Source: an uncultured Haloferula sp. (GTDB lineage Bacteria; Verrucomicrobiota; Verrucomicrobiia; Verrucomicrobiales; Akkermansiaceae). From it: a DNA stretch of 64,000 nucleotides. A program made the position numbers and the translations under genes. Below the pieces are notes generated by a model. That model was not told the origin of the DNA, did not search any database, and worked only from the letters and a program-made list of their open reading frames with translations. Shown here piece by piece: positions 36,273 to 44,132 of the stretch (position 1 is the stretch's first letter; each line of letters starts with the position of its first letter). The stretch covers positions 208,043 to 272,042 of the forward strand of contig CBFGTS010000006.1 in NCBI GenBank assembly GCA_965652295.1, in the 5' to 3' direction.

Positions 36273-39200
36273 TGGCTGAATTCCACGCCCGTTCCGCCTT
36301 CTCCTTCCTGCGCGGAGCCAGCCAGCCCGAGGTGATGGTCCGTCGTGCCGCCGAACTGGGTCTTTCGTCCATCGCCTTCACCGATCACCATGGGCTTTAC
36401 GGGTCCGCCCGTGCCCACCACGCCGCGCAGGAATGCGGTATCCGCGCCCTCGTCGGCGCCACCGTCGAGATCGGGGGCGCCCCCGTACCCCTCCTTTGTT
36501 CCACGCGGACCGGCTATCGCACGCTTTCCCGGTATCTCACCAATCGCCACCTCGGTGCCCTCGCGCCGCACGCCCGGCTTGATGGCGGCGACCTCATCGC
36601 ACTCACCGGTGACCGGGAGGGCCCGGTGATCCGCCACCTGCTCCGTGATGACCGCAAGGCCGCGCTGCAAGCCGCGCAGGGGCTCGTCGAACTTTTCGGT
36701 CACGGCAATGTTTACGTGGAAATCCAGCGCCACGGTTTGCGCGATGACGGGCGTCTCGGCCGCCATCTCATCGACCTCGCCGCGCATCTGAAGCTGCCGC
36801 TGCTCGCGACGAATGCGCCGCTCCATGCCGGGCGGACGGATCGCTTGCTCGCCGATGCCTTCACCTGCCTGCGCCACCACCTTCCGCTCGATCAAGCCGG
36901 GCGGCTGCTCGCCCCGAATGGCGAGCGGCACCTCAAGCCCCCTTGCGAGATGGCCCGCCTCTTCGCCGATCTGCCCGAGGCCCTGGCAAACATCCGCCGC
37001 CTCGATGAACGTCTGGGTTTCACGCTGCACGACCTCGGTTACCGTTTCCCCGACTTCCTGGGTGAGGATGGGAAACCGATGTCCCTCTCCGAGCAAACCG
37101 TCCTCTTGCGCCAACGCAGTCTGGAAGGAGCCCGGGAAAGATACGGCAAACCTCGTAGCGAAGCGCTCGCCCAGATCGGCAAGGAGATCGATCTCATCGA
37201 CCGGCTTGGATTTTCCGGCTATTTCCTCATCGTCCAAGACATCGTCCGCTTTGCCCGCAGCCAGGGAATCCTGTGCCAGGGCCGCGGTTCGGCGGCCAAC
37301 TCGGTCGTCTGCTTCGCCCTCGGCATCACGAATGTCGATGCCTTCCACCAACGTCTCGTCTTCGAGCGCTTCCTTGCCGAAAACCAACGCAAGTGGCCGG
37401 ATATCGACATCGACTTCCCCTCGGGAGAGCGACGCGAAGCCGTCATCCAGTATGTCTTTCAGAAATACGGAGCCCGCGGCGCGGCGATGACCGCCAACGT
37501 CATCACCTACCGTCCGCGCTCCGCTTTCCGGGAAATGTCGAAAGTGCTCGGGTTCCCTCCTTCGTTGGCCGATCGGTTTTCCACGCAGGGGTATCACTCG
37601 CAACACGATGACAAGGAGGACCGTGATATCTTCGGCGGGCTGATCCCACCCTCGCATCCGCGGGCGGGGGCCATGGAGAAACTCTACCAGGCCGTGCTCG
37701 GCATGCCCCGCCACCTCGGTCAGCATTCGGGCGGGATCATCATCTGCGATCGCGGGCTGGATGAAATCGTCCCCATCGAACCCGCCACCATGCCCGGACG
37801 CACCGTCGTCCAGTGGGACAAGGACGACTGCGAAGACCTCGGCATCGTCAAAATCGACCTCCTCGGCCTCGGCATGCTCGCCGCGATGCAGGATGCGTTC
37901 GCGCTTTGTGAAAAGCGCGGCCGACCCATCGACCCCGCCCGCATTCCCCTCGAGGACCCCGCGGTTTATGAAATGCTTCATCGTGCGGACACGGTCGGCA
38001 CCTTTCAGATCGAGTCGCGCGCCCAGATGGCCACCTTGCGCATCCTGCGGCCGAACCATTTCTACGAGCTCGCCATCCAGGTCGCCATCGTCCGCCCCGG
38101 CCCCATCGTCGGCGACCTGCTCCATCCCTATCTGCGGCGACGCAATGGATTGGAGCCCGTCGATTGCATCCACCCCGATTTTGAACCCGTGCTGGCCCGC
38201 ACCCTCGGAGTGCCCCTGTTTCAGGAACAGGTGCTCAAGATGGCCATGATTCTCGCGGGCTTCACCGGCTCAGAGGCGGATGATCTGCGCCGTGCCATGT
38301 CCTTCAACCGCACCGATGAGCGGATGAAAAAGGTCACCGCCAAGCTGCGCGAGCGCATGGTGCAGGCCGGCGTGGCGGAGGAGGTGCAGGAAAAACTCGT
38401 CCATGCCATCGGAAACTTCGCCCTCTACGGGTTTCCCGAAAGCCACGCGCTGGCCTTCGCGCTCATTGCCTACCATTCGTGCTGGCTCAAGGTGCATTTC
38501 CCGGCCGAGTTCTTCACCGCGCTCCTCAACAACCAACCGATGGGCTTCTACTCGGCTCATTCACTCTTGCAGGACGCGCGCCGCCACGGCATCCGTGCGC
38601 TCCCCGTCTCCTGCGTTCATAGTAGCAGGGAAGCCGAGGTCGTTGATGACCGGACCATCCGCGTGGGACTGGCGCAGCTCAAAGGCTTGTCCGGGCACAC
38701 CCTCGAACGACTGCTCGTCCAGCGGCAGCTGCGCGGCTTCGAACATCTGGAGGATTTCCTCCGCCGCGTGGCACCGAATGAGCGCGAACGACGCCTGCTG
38801 GCCAAGGCCGGGGCGTTCTACGATCTTCCTGACAAGCCTCATCGCCGCGAAGCTCTTTGGCAGGTGGAACTGCCGCTCCACGACGACCTCATCTCCCCTG
38901 CCACGCCCGCTGCCTCCCCGGCGGTTCTTCCAGCCATGTCGCTGAACGAGCGGCTCGCGGCCGACCTCTCGACCCAGGGCCTTTCCACCGGCCCCCACCC
39001 CATGAAACTGTGGCGGAAATCCAGCACGCTCCGGCTCGTCGATGCCCGAACGCTGCAAACGCTGCCGCACGGCAAACGCATCCATGTTGGAGGGCTCGTC
39101 ATTTGCCGCCAGCGTCCCGGCACCGCGAAGGGACATTGCTTCATTTCACTCGAAGACGAAACGGGCATCCTCAGCCTTTTCGTCCCCCGAAGAACCTTCG

Positions 39201-39358
39201 AGGAGCTACGGCGGGTGATCGTGAGCGAACCCTTTCTCCAAGCCTCCGGCAGGGTTCAGATTTCCGAGGGCCACCAGCGGACGGTCTATGTCACCGGCAT
39301 CGCCCCACTTCCGGGAGCTCACCAAGAGCACCAGGGGCACTCACACGATTTCCATTGA
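36269..39358 (+). CDS. dnaE2: Error-prone DNA polymerase III alpha subunit DnaE2
   Basis: HARSAFSFLRGAS, GRGSAANS, PDIDIDF, PRHLGQHSGG, IESRAQM, YGFPESHA, CRQRPGTAKG. Confidence 0.96.
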   Translation: MMAEFHARSAFSFLRGASQPEVMVRRAAELGLSSIAFTDHHGLYGSARAHHAAQECGIRALVGATVEIGGAPVPLLCSTRTGYRTLSRYLTNRHLGALAPHARLDGGDLIALTGDREGPVIRHLLRDDRKAALQAAQGLVELFGHGNVYVEIQRHGLRDDGRLGRHLIDLAAHLKLPLLATNAPLHAGRTDRLLADAFTCLRHHLPLDQAGRLLAPNGERHLKPPCEMARLFADLPEALANIRRLDERLGFTLHDLGYRFPDFLGEDGKPMSLSEQTVLLRQRSLEGARERYGKPRSEALAQIGKEIDLIDRLGFSGYFLIVQDIVRFARSQGILCQGRGSAANSVVCFALGITNVDAFHQRLVFERFLAENQRKWPDIDIDFPSGERREAVIQYVFQKYGARGAAMTANVITYRPRSAFREMSKVLGFPPSLADRFSTQGYHSQHDDKEDRDIFGGLIPPSHPRAGAMEKLYQAVLGMPRHLGQHSGGIIICDRGLDEIVPIEPATMPGRTVVQWDKDDCEDLGIVKIDLLGLGMLAAMQDAFALCEKRGRPIDPARIPLEDPAVYEMLHRADTVGTFQIESRAQMATLRILRPNHFYELAIQVAIVRPGPIVGDLLHPYLRRRNGLEPVDCIHPDFEPVLARTLGVPLFQEQVLKMAMILAGFTGSEADDLRRAMSFNRTDERMKKVTAKLRERMVQAGVAEEVQEKLVHAIGNFALYGFPESHALAFALIAYHSCWLKVHFPAEFFTALLNNQPMGFYSAHSLLQDARRHGIRALPVSCVHSSREAEVVDDRTIRVGLAQLKGLSGHTLERLLVQRQLRGFEHLEDFLRRVAPNERERRLLAKAGAFYDLPDKPHRREALWQVELPLHDDLISPATPAASPAVLPAMSLNERLAADLSTQGLSTGPHPMKLWRKSSTLRLVDARTLQTLPHGKRIHVGGLVICRQRPGTAKGHCFISLEDETGILSLFVPRRTFEELRRVIVSEPFLQASGRVQISEGHQRTVYVTGIAPLPGAHQEHQGHSHDFH

Positions 39359-39638
39359 GGCTGGCGAGCAGCGAAGATTGGGACGGGCGGGCATTGTTTC
39401 GGCGGCATGCGCGACCAACGCACCGTCTCTCGCCTTGGATTGAGAAAGTTGAATCAATTCTCCTCAATACATCTTGGGCAAAACATTTCCTCTCACCGTC
39501 CTATCACGGCCGTCACCCAACCTGACGAAGATCCTTTGGAGTGCCGAAATCCAGACCGCAAGCTGCGAAATCCTTATCAAAGGAGGGAGATCTCGGGGGA
39601 GAGGCGGACCGATTCACCATCGCGCTCCCGATGTCGAT

Positions 39639-40523
39639 TCACGACCCTTCACGCTTCCCACTCCGCCCCCACTCGCCCGGGGACTTTCCGGTTTCCTCGC
39701 GGAAGGCTTTGGCGAAATGACTGAGGCTTTGGTAGCCGACTTCGAGCGCCACTTCGGTCACCGTCGCACCGTTCACGGAAAGCAGTTCGCACGCATGCGC
39801 GATGCGGATTCTCCGCAGGTGTTCGCGCAGCGTTTGTCCGGTGCGCTGCTTCACCATCCGGCTGAGGTGGGTGGGCGAGACCCCACACTCGCGCCCCAGG
39901 GACTGGAGATCCATCGGCTCCGCGAGCCGCGCCTCCAGCACGCCCAGGGCCCGCATCACCGGATCGGTGCGGCTGCGGATGGCGTGGCAAAAGCCCGCAC
40001 CGGCATCGGACCGGCCGGTCCGGAAAAGCCTCACCGCGGCCCACTCCAGCACCCGCGCCTCGACCCGCAATGCCTCCGAGGGGCCCTTGCCGGTCAAGCC
40101 GCGCAATCCATCGAGCAGCTCTTTTTCCGGACGACTCATCAACCCCGCGAACGCGATCTTCCCCCCGCCCCGCAACCATTCCGCGAAGCGCGGATGCACG
40201 TGCCGGCTGCTATCGCCGAGCCTGCGCGCGATCCATGCCCGGGAAATCACCACCACCTCCGCCTCGTGACTGCCGGGCAGTCGCGTCCAGCGCCACTTCT
40301 CCTCCGAATCCTCGCCGAAAATCGCATACATCCCCGGCCGCAGGAACATCCGGTCCTCCGCCCCCCAGATCACCCCCTCGCCGGAGCCATTCAGCCACAG
40401 CCAGATCTCCCCGGAAATCCTTGTCTGCCAAGTGCTACCCGCATGCACAGACCTCCCCGCCAGCCGCCAGCACGACAAGCCTCCGAGATCCATCCAGCGT
40501 TCCAGCTCCACGCGACGCTTCAT
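39639..40523 (-). CDS. AraC-family transcriptional regulator
   Basis: C-terminal double HTH GVSPTHLSR...TVTEVALEVGYQSLSHFAKAFREETGKSP; FCH motif just before it. Start uncertain. Confidence 0.92.
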   Translation of the reverse strand: MKRRVELERWMDLGGLSCWRLAGRSVHAGSTWQTRISGEIWLWLNGSGEGVIWGAEDRMFLRPGMYAIFGEDSEEKWRWTRLPGSHEAEVVVISRAWIARRLGDSSRHVHPRFAEWLRGGGKIAFAGLMSRPEKELLDGLRGLTGKGPSEALRVEARVLEWAAVRLFRTGRSDAGAGFCHAIRSRTDPVMRALGVLEARLAEPMDLQSLGRECGVSPTHLSRMVKQRTGQTLREHLRRIRIAHACELLSVNGATVTEVALEVGYQSLSHFAKAFREETGKSPGEWGRSGKREGS

Positions 40524-40556
40524 TTCACAATCGGAGATGACGCGCAAAAGTTTTTA

Positions 40557-40573
40557 TTGCGACTCAGTCGCAT
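40557..40573. promoter_or_regulatory. Palindrome TGCGAC-TCA-GTCGCA between divergent araC and 40593
   Basis: The same 6-3-6 arms occur at 57896-57912. Confidence 0.6.
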
Positions 40574-40592
40574 TTAAGCTTGAGTCCTCGCC

Positions 40593-40979
40593 GTGACGCC
40601 AGCCGATCTTCACCGCCTGCTCGCCTCCGTAACGCCATCGACCTCCGAGGGGGCCGATCAGTTGCTGGATCTGCGCGAGCTGCTTCTTTCCCGCGGCCAC
40701 GCCGGCAAGTGCGTCCGCTGCTTCTTTGGGCTGCTGGGCGACCTCCGCCAACCGGGAGCCCTCGCTCCGCTCCGCCACTGGCTCGAGCATCATGTGGAGG
40801 TGGAAGTAACGGCGGACGGACGGGAGATCGACACACTGCCGGTGCGCCTCGACCGCGCGGCGGATCTCGTCAGCTTCTGCCACCAGGCCATCGACACGGT
40901 CCGCCACGACCGGTCTTTTGAAGATCGCAGCATCAAGCTGAGTTTCCGTTTCAAGAACGCCGTCGCGACGACCTCCTGA
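40593..40979 (+). CDS. Hypothetical protein with CxxC (CVRC)
   Basis: Clean 128-aa ORF with typical codon usage; GTG start 20 bp after the palindrome. Confidence 0.65.
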   Translation: MTPADLHRLLASVTPSTSEGADQLLDLRELLLSRGHAGKCVRCFFGLLGDLRQPGALAPLRHWLEHHVEVEVTADGREIDTLPVRLDRAADLVSFCHQAIDTVRHDRSFEDRSIKLSFRFKNAVATTS

Positions 40980-41000
40980 GAACAAAAGGCGGGTCCCTGT

Positions 41001-41015
41001 TGAGATAACATCTCA
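41001..41015. promoter_or_regulatory. Palindrome TGAGAT-AAC-ATCTCA
   Basis: 6-3-6 palindrome related to 40558 and 57897, upstream of the small Cys protein. Confidence 0.5.
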
Positions 41016-41093
41016 CTCAGCCTTTCCTTGAGTTGCTTTGGAAAGTGGGCCATGGTCCTCTCACTTGTTGAGATAGAGACCTGACAATTGACC

Positions 41094-41291
41094 ATGAAAA
41101 CCACCACTCAAACCAAAGCCTGCGGCGATTGCATCCACTGGAATGCCGGCGCGGAAGAAGAAGGCGAATGCCGCCGCCACGCTCCGCAGATGATCGCCTT
41201 CGAAGTGGACGAGGAAGTCCACCTCGAGTCCCGCTTCCCGATGACCGCCGCCGATGACTGGTGCGGCGACTTCGAGCCCGAGCAGAAGTAA
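41094..41291 (+). CDS. 65-aa four-cysteine protein (CGDC...CRRHAP...WCGDF), possible Fe-S or metal binder
   Basis: Biased codon usage, own upstream palindrome and downstream terminator. Confidence 0.75.
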   Translation: MKTTTQTKACGDCIHWNAGAEEEGECRRHAPQMIAFEVDEEVHLESRFPMTAADDWCGDFEPEQK

Positions 41292-41313
41292 GCCGCTGCC
41301 GAAGCTTCTCCCC

Positions 41314-41348
41314 AAGCCCGCCTCCGATTCCGGAGGCGGGCTTTTTTT
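41314..41348 (+). terminator. Intrinsic terminator
   Basis: AAGCCCGCCTCCG-ATTC-CGGAGGCGGGCTT stem running into a T7 tract. Confidence 0.9.
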
Positions 41349-41377
41349 GTCCCGCGCCCTCAGGAGACGGGGAAAAA

Positions 41378-41409
41378 GCAATCCACCGCCCGAAACGCGC
41401 AAGCCAGCG
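41378..41409 (+). promoter_or_regulatory. Tandem direct repeat with 21-bp period (GCAATCCACCG / GCAAGCCAGCG), candidate AraC-family site
   Basis: Each half is identical to a half-site at 18388 or 17666. Confidence 0.6.
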
Positions 41410-41448
41410 CGCGCGCGCCGTGACTCCCTGCGCCAGGTTCCGGGCCGC

Positions 41449-42111
41449 ATGGGGATCTTTCCACGACATTCCGGCCCACCGCCCTTGCCGCCGGTATTTC
41501 GCAGCGCGGTGACCATTGGGGAAATCCTGCCGCTGCTGCCGGACACCGCGCGGATCGTCCTGCGGGCGGCAGGCATCGCGCTTTCCAAGGTCACTTCGCT
41601 CACCGCCGGGCACCACGGCCTCCAACTCGACCCGGGAGCCGGCCTCGGCGTGCATTTCCTCCGCTGCCCGGTCGATGCCTCCCTGACGTGCGCGCTACGG
41701 GGGGCATCCCACCACACCCCGCTTTCCCTTCATTTTCCCGGCACCGCTTGGGAATCGCCCGCGACCCGCCAGCTTCTCAACCGCTGCAAGGCCATTCCGA
41801 CCGCGGCACCGGGAATCTGGTCGACCGGTGCCGGTGCGTGGCTTGACGAAGGCCTGCGCGACGACCTCCGCATCCAGAGCGAGATGCTCTATCTCCTCTC
41901 CCTGCTCGACGAGTCCCGCACCGTGAACGTCCACGCCGTCGCCGCCGGCTGCTCGCTGGAAGCCAGCTTCCGGCCGACTTTCATCGACCTCGATGGCAGC
42001 CTGCTCCGCATCGCTGATCGCCACGGGCAACATGCCATCTACCTCCACCCCGAACGCATCCGCGCCCGTCAGGACCGCCATCAACTGCATCTCCACTCGC
42101 TCCCCGCATGA
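41449..42111 (+). CDS. Hypothetical protein, possibly a very divergent HemS/ChuX-fold protein
   Basis: ATGA-coupled to 42108; only weak pattern similarity (EILPLL..ARIVLR..GIALSK). Confidence 0.5.
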   Translation: MGIFPRHSGPPPLPPVFRSAVTIGEILPLLPDTARIVLRAAGIALSKVTSLTAGHHGLQLDPGAGLGVHFLRCPVDASLTCALRGASHHTPLSLHFPGTAWESPATRQLLNRCKAIPTAAPGIWSTGAGAWLDEGLRDDLRIQSEMLYLLSLLDESRTVNVHAVAAGCSLEASFRPTFIDLDGSLLRIADRHGQHAIYLHPERIRARQDRHQLHLHSLPA

Positions 42112-42929
42112 CTCCTCCCCTGCTCGAACGACCCATCCGGCTCGATACAAAAGCCTCCGACCTCCTCCCGGCTCTCGCCTCCTTCGGACCCTTCTGCCTT
42201 CAGGCACGGACCCGTCACCTCCAGCTTTCCGTATGGGGCGATCCCGCGGAAACCCTCATGACCACAGGCCCCCGGGCGTGGTTTCCCGCCCTCGGGCTTG
42301 AGATCAACCGCGACTTCATCGCCGCCGTCCATGCCAGTCCGCTGCCCACGCTTCCGGATCACGCCGGCATCGTCGAACTCGACTCCGGCGACGGCCGCGG
42401 CCGCGTGGGCTTCGCGGTCGGGACCGAATCCACGTCCCGCGACCGGTTCCACCGCCTCATCGGGGACTTCGGCCTGGAGGAAATCGAGAGCCGCCACCTC
42501 ATCGAGTGGCGTCGGGGCCTCGACGCCGGATTCCAGATGTGCCCCTGCTGTCAGCAAGCGGCCCTCGAGCGCCGCGAACGCCCCGACCTCCATCCACTGA
42601 CCGACATCCTCACCCATTGCGCCCAGCTCGACCTCGAGTTGCTCGTCGAGTTCGGCGACGAAATGTTCTCGCTCTCCACCTTTTTCGTGCCAGGCGACCT
42701 CGACACGCGCGGAGCCATCACCGTCACCTCGGCGGATGAAAAAGGGATCCTGCGCATCGACCCCTTGCTCCTCCACGCCCTGTGGATCCTGCCGAAAGCC
42801 ATCGATGGGGAACTTCGCACCGTGCTCCAGGCCTTCGACCCCCTGGGGCGGCGGATTTTCTCCCTGTCCTGCCCGGATGCCGACCAAATCCTCCCGTGGC
42901 AGGACTACGCCCGCGCCTTCTACGGCTGA
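42108..42929 (+). CDS. Divergent HemS/ChuS/PhuS-like haem-handling protein with a CPCC linker
   Basis: IRLDTKASDLLPALASFG and LLHALWILPKAIDGELRTVLQAFDPLGRRIFSL echo the HemS N- and C-domain patterns. Confidence 0.5.
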   Translation: MTPPLLERPIRLDTKASDLLPALASFGPFCLQARTRHLQLSVWGDPAETLMTTGPRAWFPALGLEINRDFIAAVHASPLPTLPDHAGIVELDSGDGRGRVGFAVGTESTSRDRFHRLIGDFGLEEIESRHLIEWRRGLDAGFQMCPCCQQAALERRERPDLHPLTDILTHCAQLDLELLVEFGDEMFSLSTFFVPGDLDTRGAITVTSADEKGILRIDPLLLHALWILPKAIDGELRTVLQAFDPLGRRIFSLSCPDADQILPWQDYARAFYG

Positions 42930-43020
42930 AGGCGTAGCTCATGTCACAGATCGGCACCTCGCCGCAGCCTCCCGGCTTGCCTTGACGGCCGGGCCGGAGT
43001 TTCCTCGTGGCGACGCTGGC

Positions 43021-43168
43021 GCCGGGATGCATGGAATCCGGTGAAAGTCCGGAACAGACGCGCTGCGGTAACTGGTCACGAATTCCCACACAGAGCCAAT
43101 CCTCGCCATAGCGGGGGTGAAGGCGGGAAGGAGGCTTGGAACCAGGAGTCCGAAAACTTCATCCCGCT
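43021..43168 (+). ncRNA. Cobalamin riboswitch
   Basis: GGAATCCGGTGAAAGTCCGGAAC..CGCTGCGGTAA...GCCAAT...GAAGGC...GAGTCCGAAAAC. CGGGATG pairs with CATCCCG. TTGACG lies upstream; B12-uptake genes lie downstream. Confidence 0.85.
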
Positions 43169-43306
43169 GGCTGCCGTCCGATTCCGTGGAATCCGAGCCG
43201 CGGAAATCGTCACACTCCTTCGCGATCCAAGGAGTGACGGGACATGCCCACCAGGCCTTTCGCCCGGTGTGTTCTCGCTCGGTCCAACGAGAACCAATAC
43301 ATCCAA

Positions 43307-44077
43307 ATGAAACACCGTTTCCTGACGCTCGCCGCGTTCGTGGCGTCCCCGCTTGCCCACGGCGCGACCGTGACCTTCGAAGACCTCAGCCCGGGCATCC
43401 CCTACGCTGGCGGAGGCAGCTATGAAAACGGGGCCAACCTCTCCGGCTCCTTCACCTCCGGCCCGCTCACGCTGTCGAACAGCTACAACGCCACCTGGGG
43501 TTCGTGGTCCGGCTGGAGCTACTCCACCACGACCGATGACACCACCGCGGGCTTCGACAACCAATACAGCGCCTTTCCCGGTTCCGGAGCCGGTGGCAGC
43601 GCGACCTATGCCATCGCCTATGCCGATGCCGCCATCGAGATTCCCACAGGCTACAGCATCGGCTCACTGGCGATCGCCAACACCACCTACGCCGCGCTCT
43701 CGATGCGCGATGGCGATGCGTTCTCCAAGCAGTTCGGCGGCCCGAGCGGCGACGATCCCGACCTGTTCCAGATCACCTTCACCGGCTACCTGGCGGGAAA
43801 CCCCATCGGCAGCGTGACCGCCGACCTCGCCGACTTCACCTTCGCCGACAACAGCCAGGACTACATTCTCGGCGACTGGTTGCAGGTGGATCTGTCCTCG
43901 CTCTCCTCCGCCGACCTCGTCCGGTTTTCCTACTCCTCCACCGATGTCGGCGACTGGGGCATCAACACGCCCACCTACATCGCCGTCGACAGTATCGTCC
44001 TCACTGCCGTGCCCGAACCCTCCGCGCTGCTGCTCGCCGCCCTCGCACCGCTCGCCGTCCTGCGCCGCCGCCGCTGA
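43307..44077 (+). CDS. DUF4465-domain PEP-CTERM protein, likely corrinoid-binding
   Basis: WSGWSYS, NQYSA, NTTYAALSMRDGDAFSKQFGG, WLQVDLSSL, SSTD..WGINTPTYIAVD; VPEPS tail. Confidence 0.85.
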   Translation: MKHRFLTLAAFVASPLAHGATVTFEDLSPGIPYAGGGSYENGANLSGSFTSGPLTLSNSYNATWGSWSGWSYSTTTDDTTAGFDNQYSAFPGSGAGGSATYAIAYADAAIEIPTGYSIGSLAIANTTYAALSMRDGDAFSKQFGGPSGDDPDLFQITFTGYLAGNPIGSVTADLADFTFADNSQDYILGDWLQVDLSSLSSADLVRFSYSSTDVGDWGINTPTYIAVDSIVLTAVPEPSALLLAALAPLAVLRRRR

Positions 44078-44132
44078 ATCAGGAGAGCGGTTTTGCAAAC
44101 CGCTTCCCCGTTCTCCTTTGCCGTTTGGTTCC

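Noticed and set aside
39359..39638. AT-richer gap with imperfect ATTGAG...CTCAAT inverted repeat, and the 39474-40577 ORF
   Set aside because: It lies between convergent genes, the spacing does not fit the other operators, and the ORF is an antisense shadow of araC.
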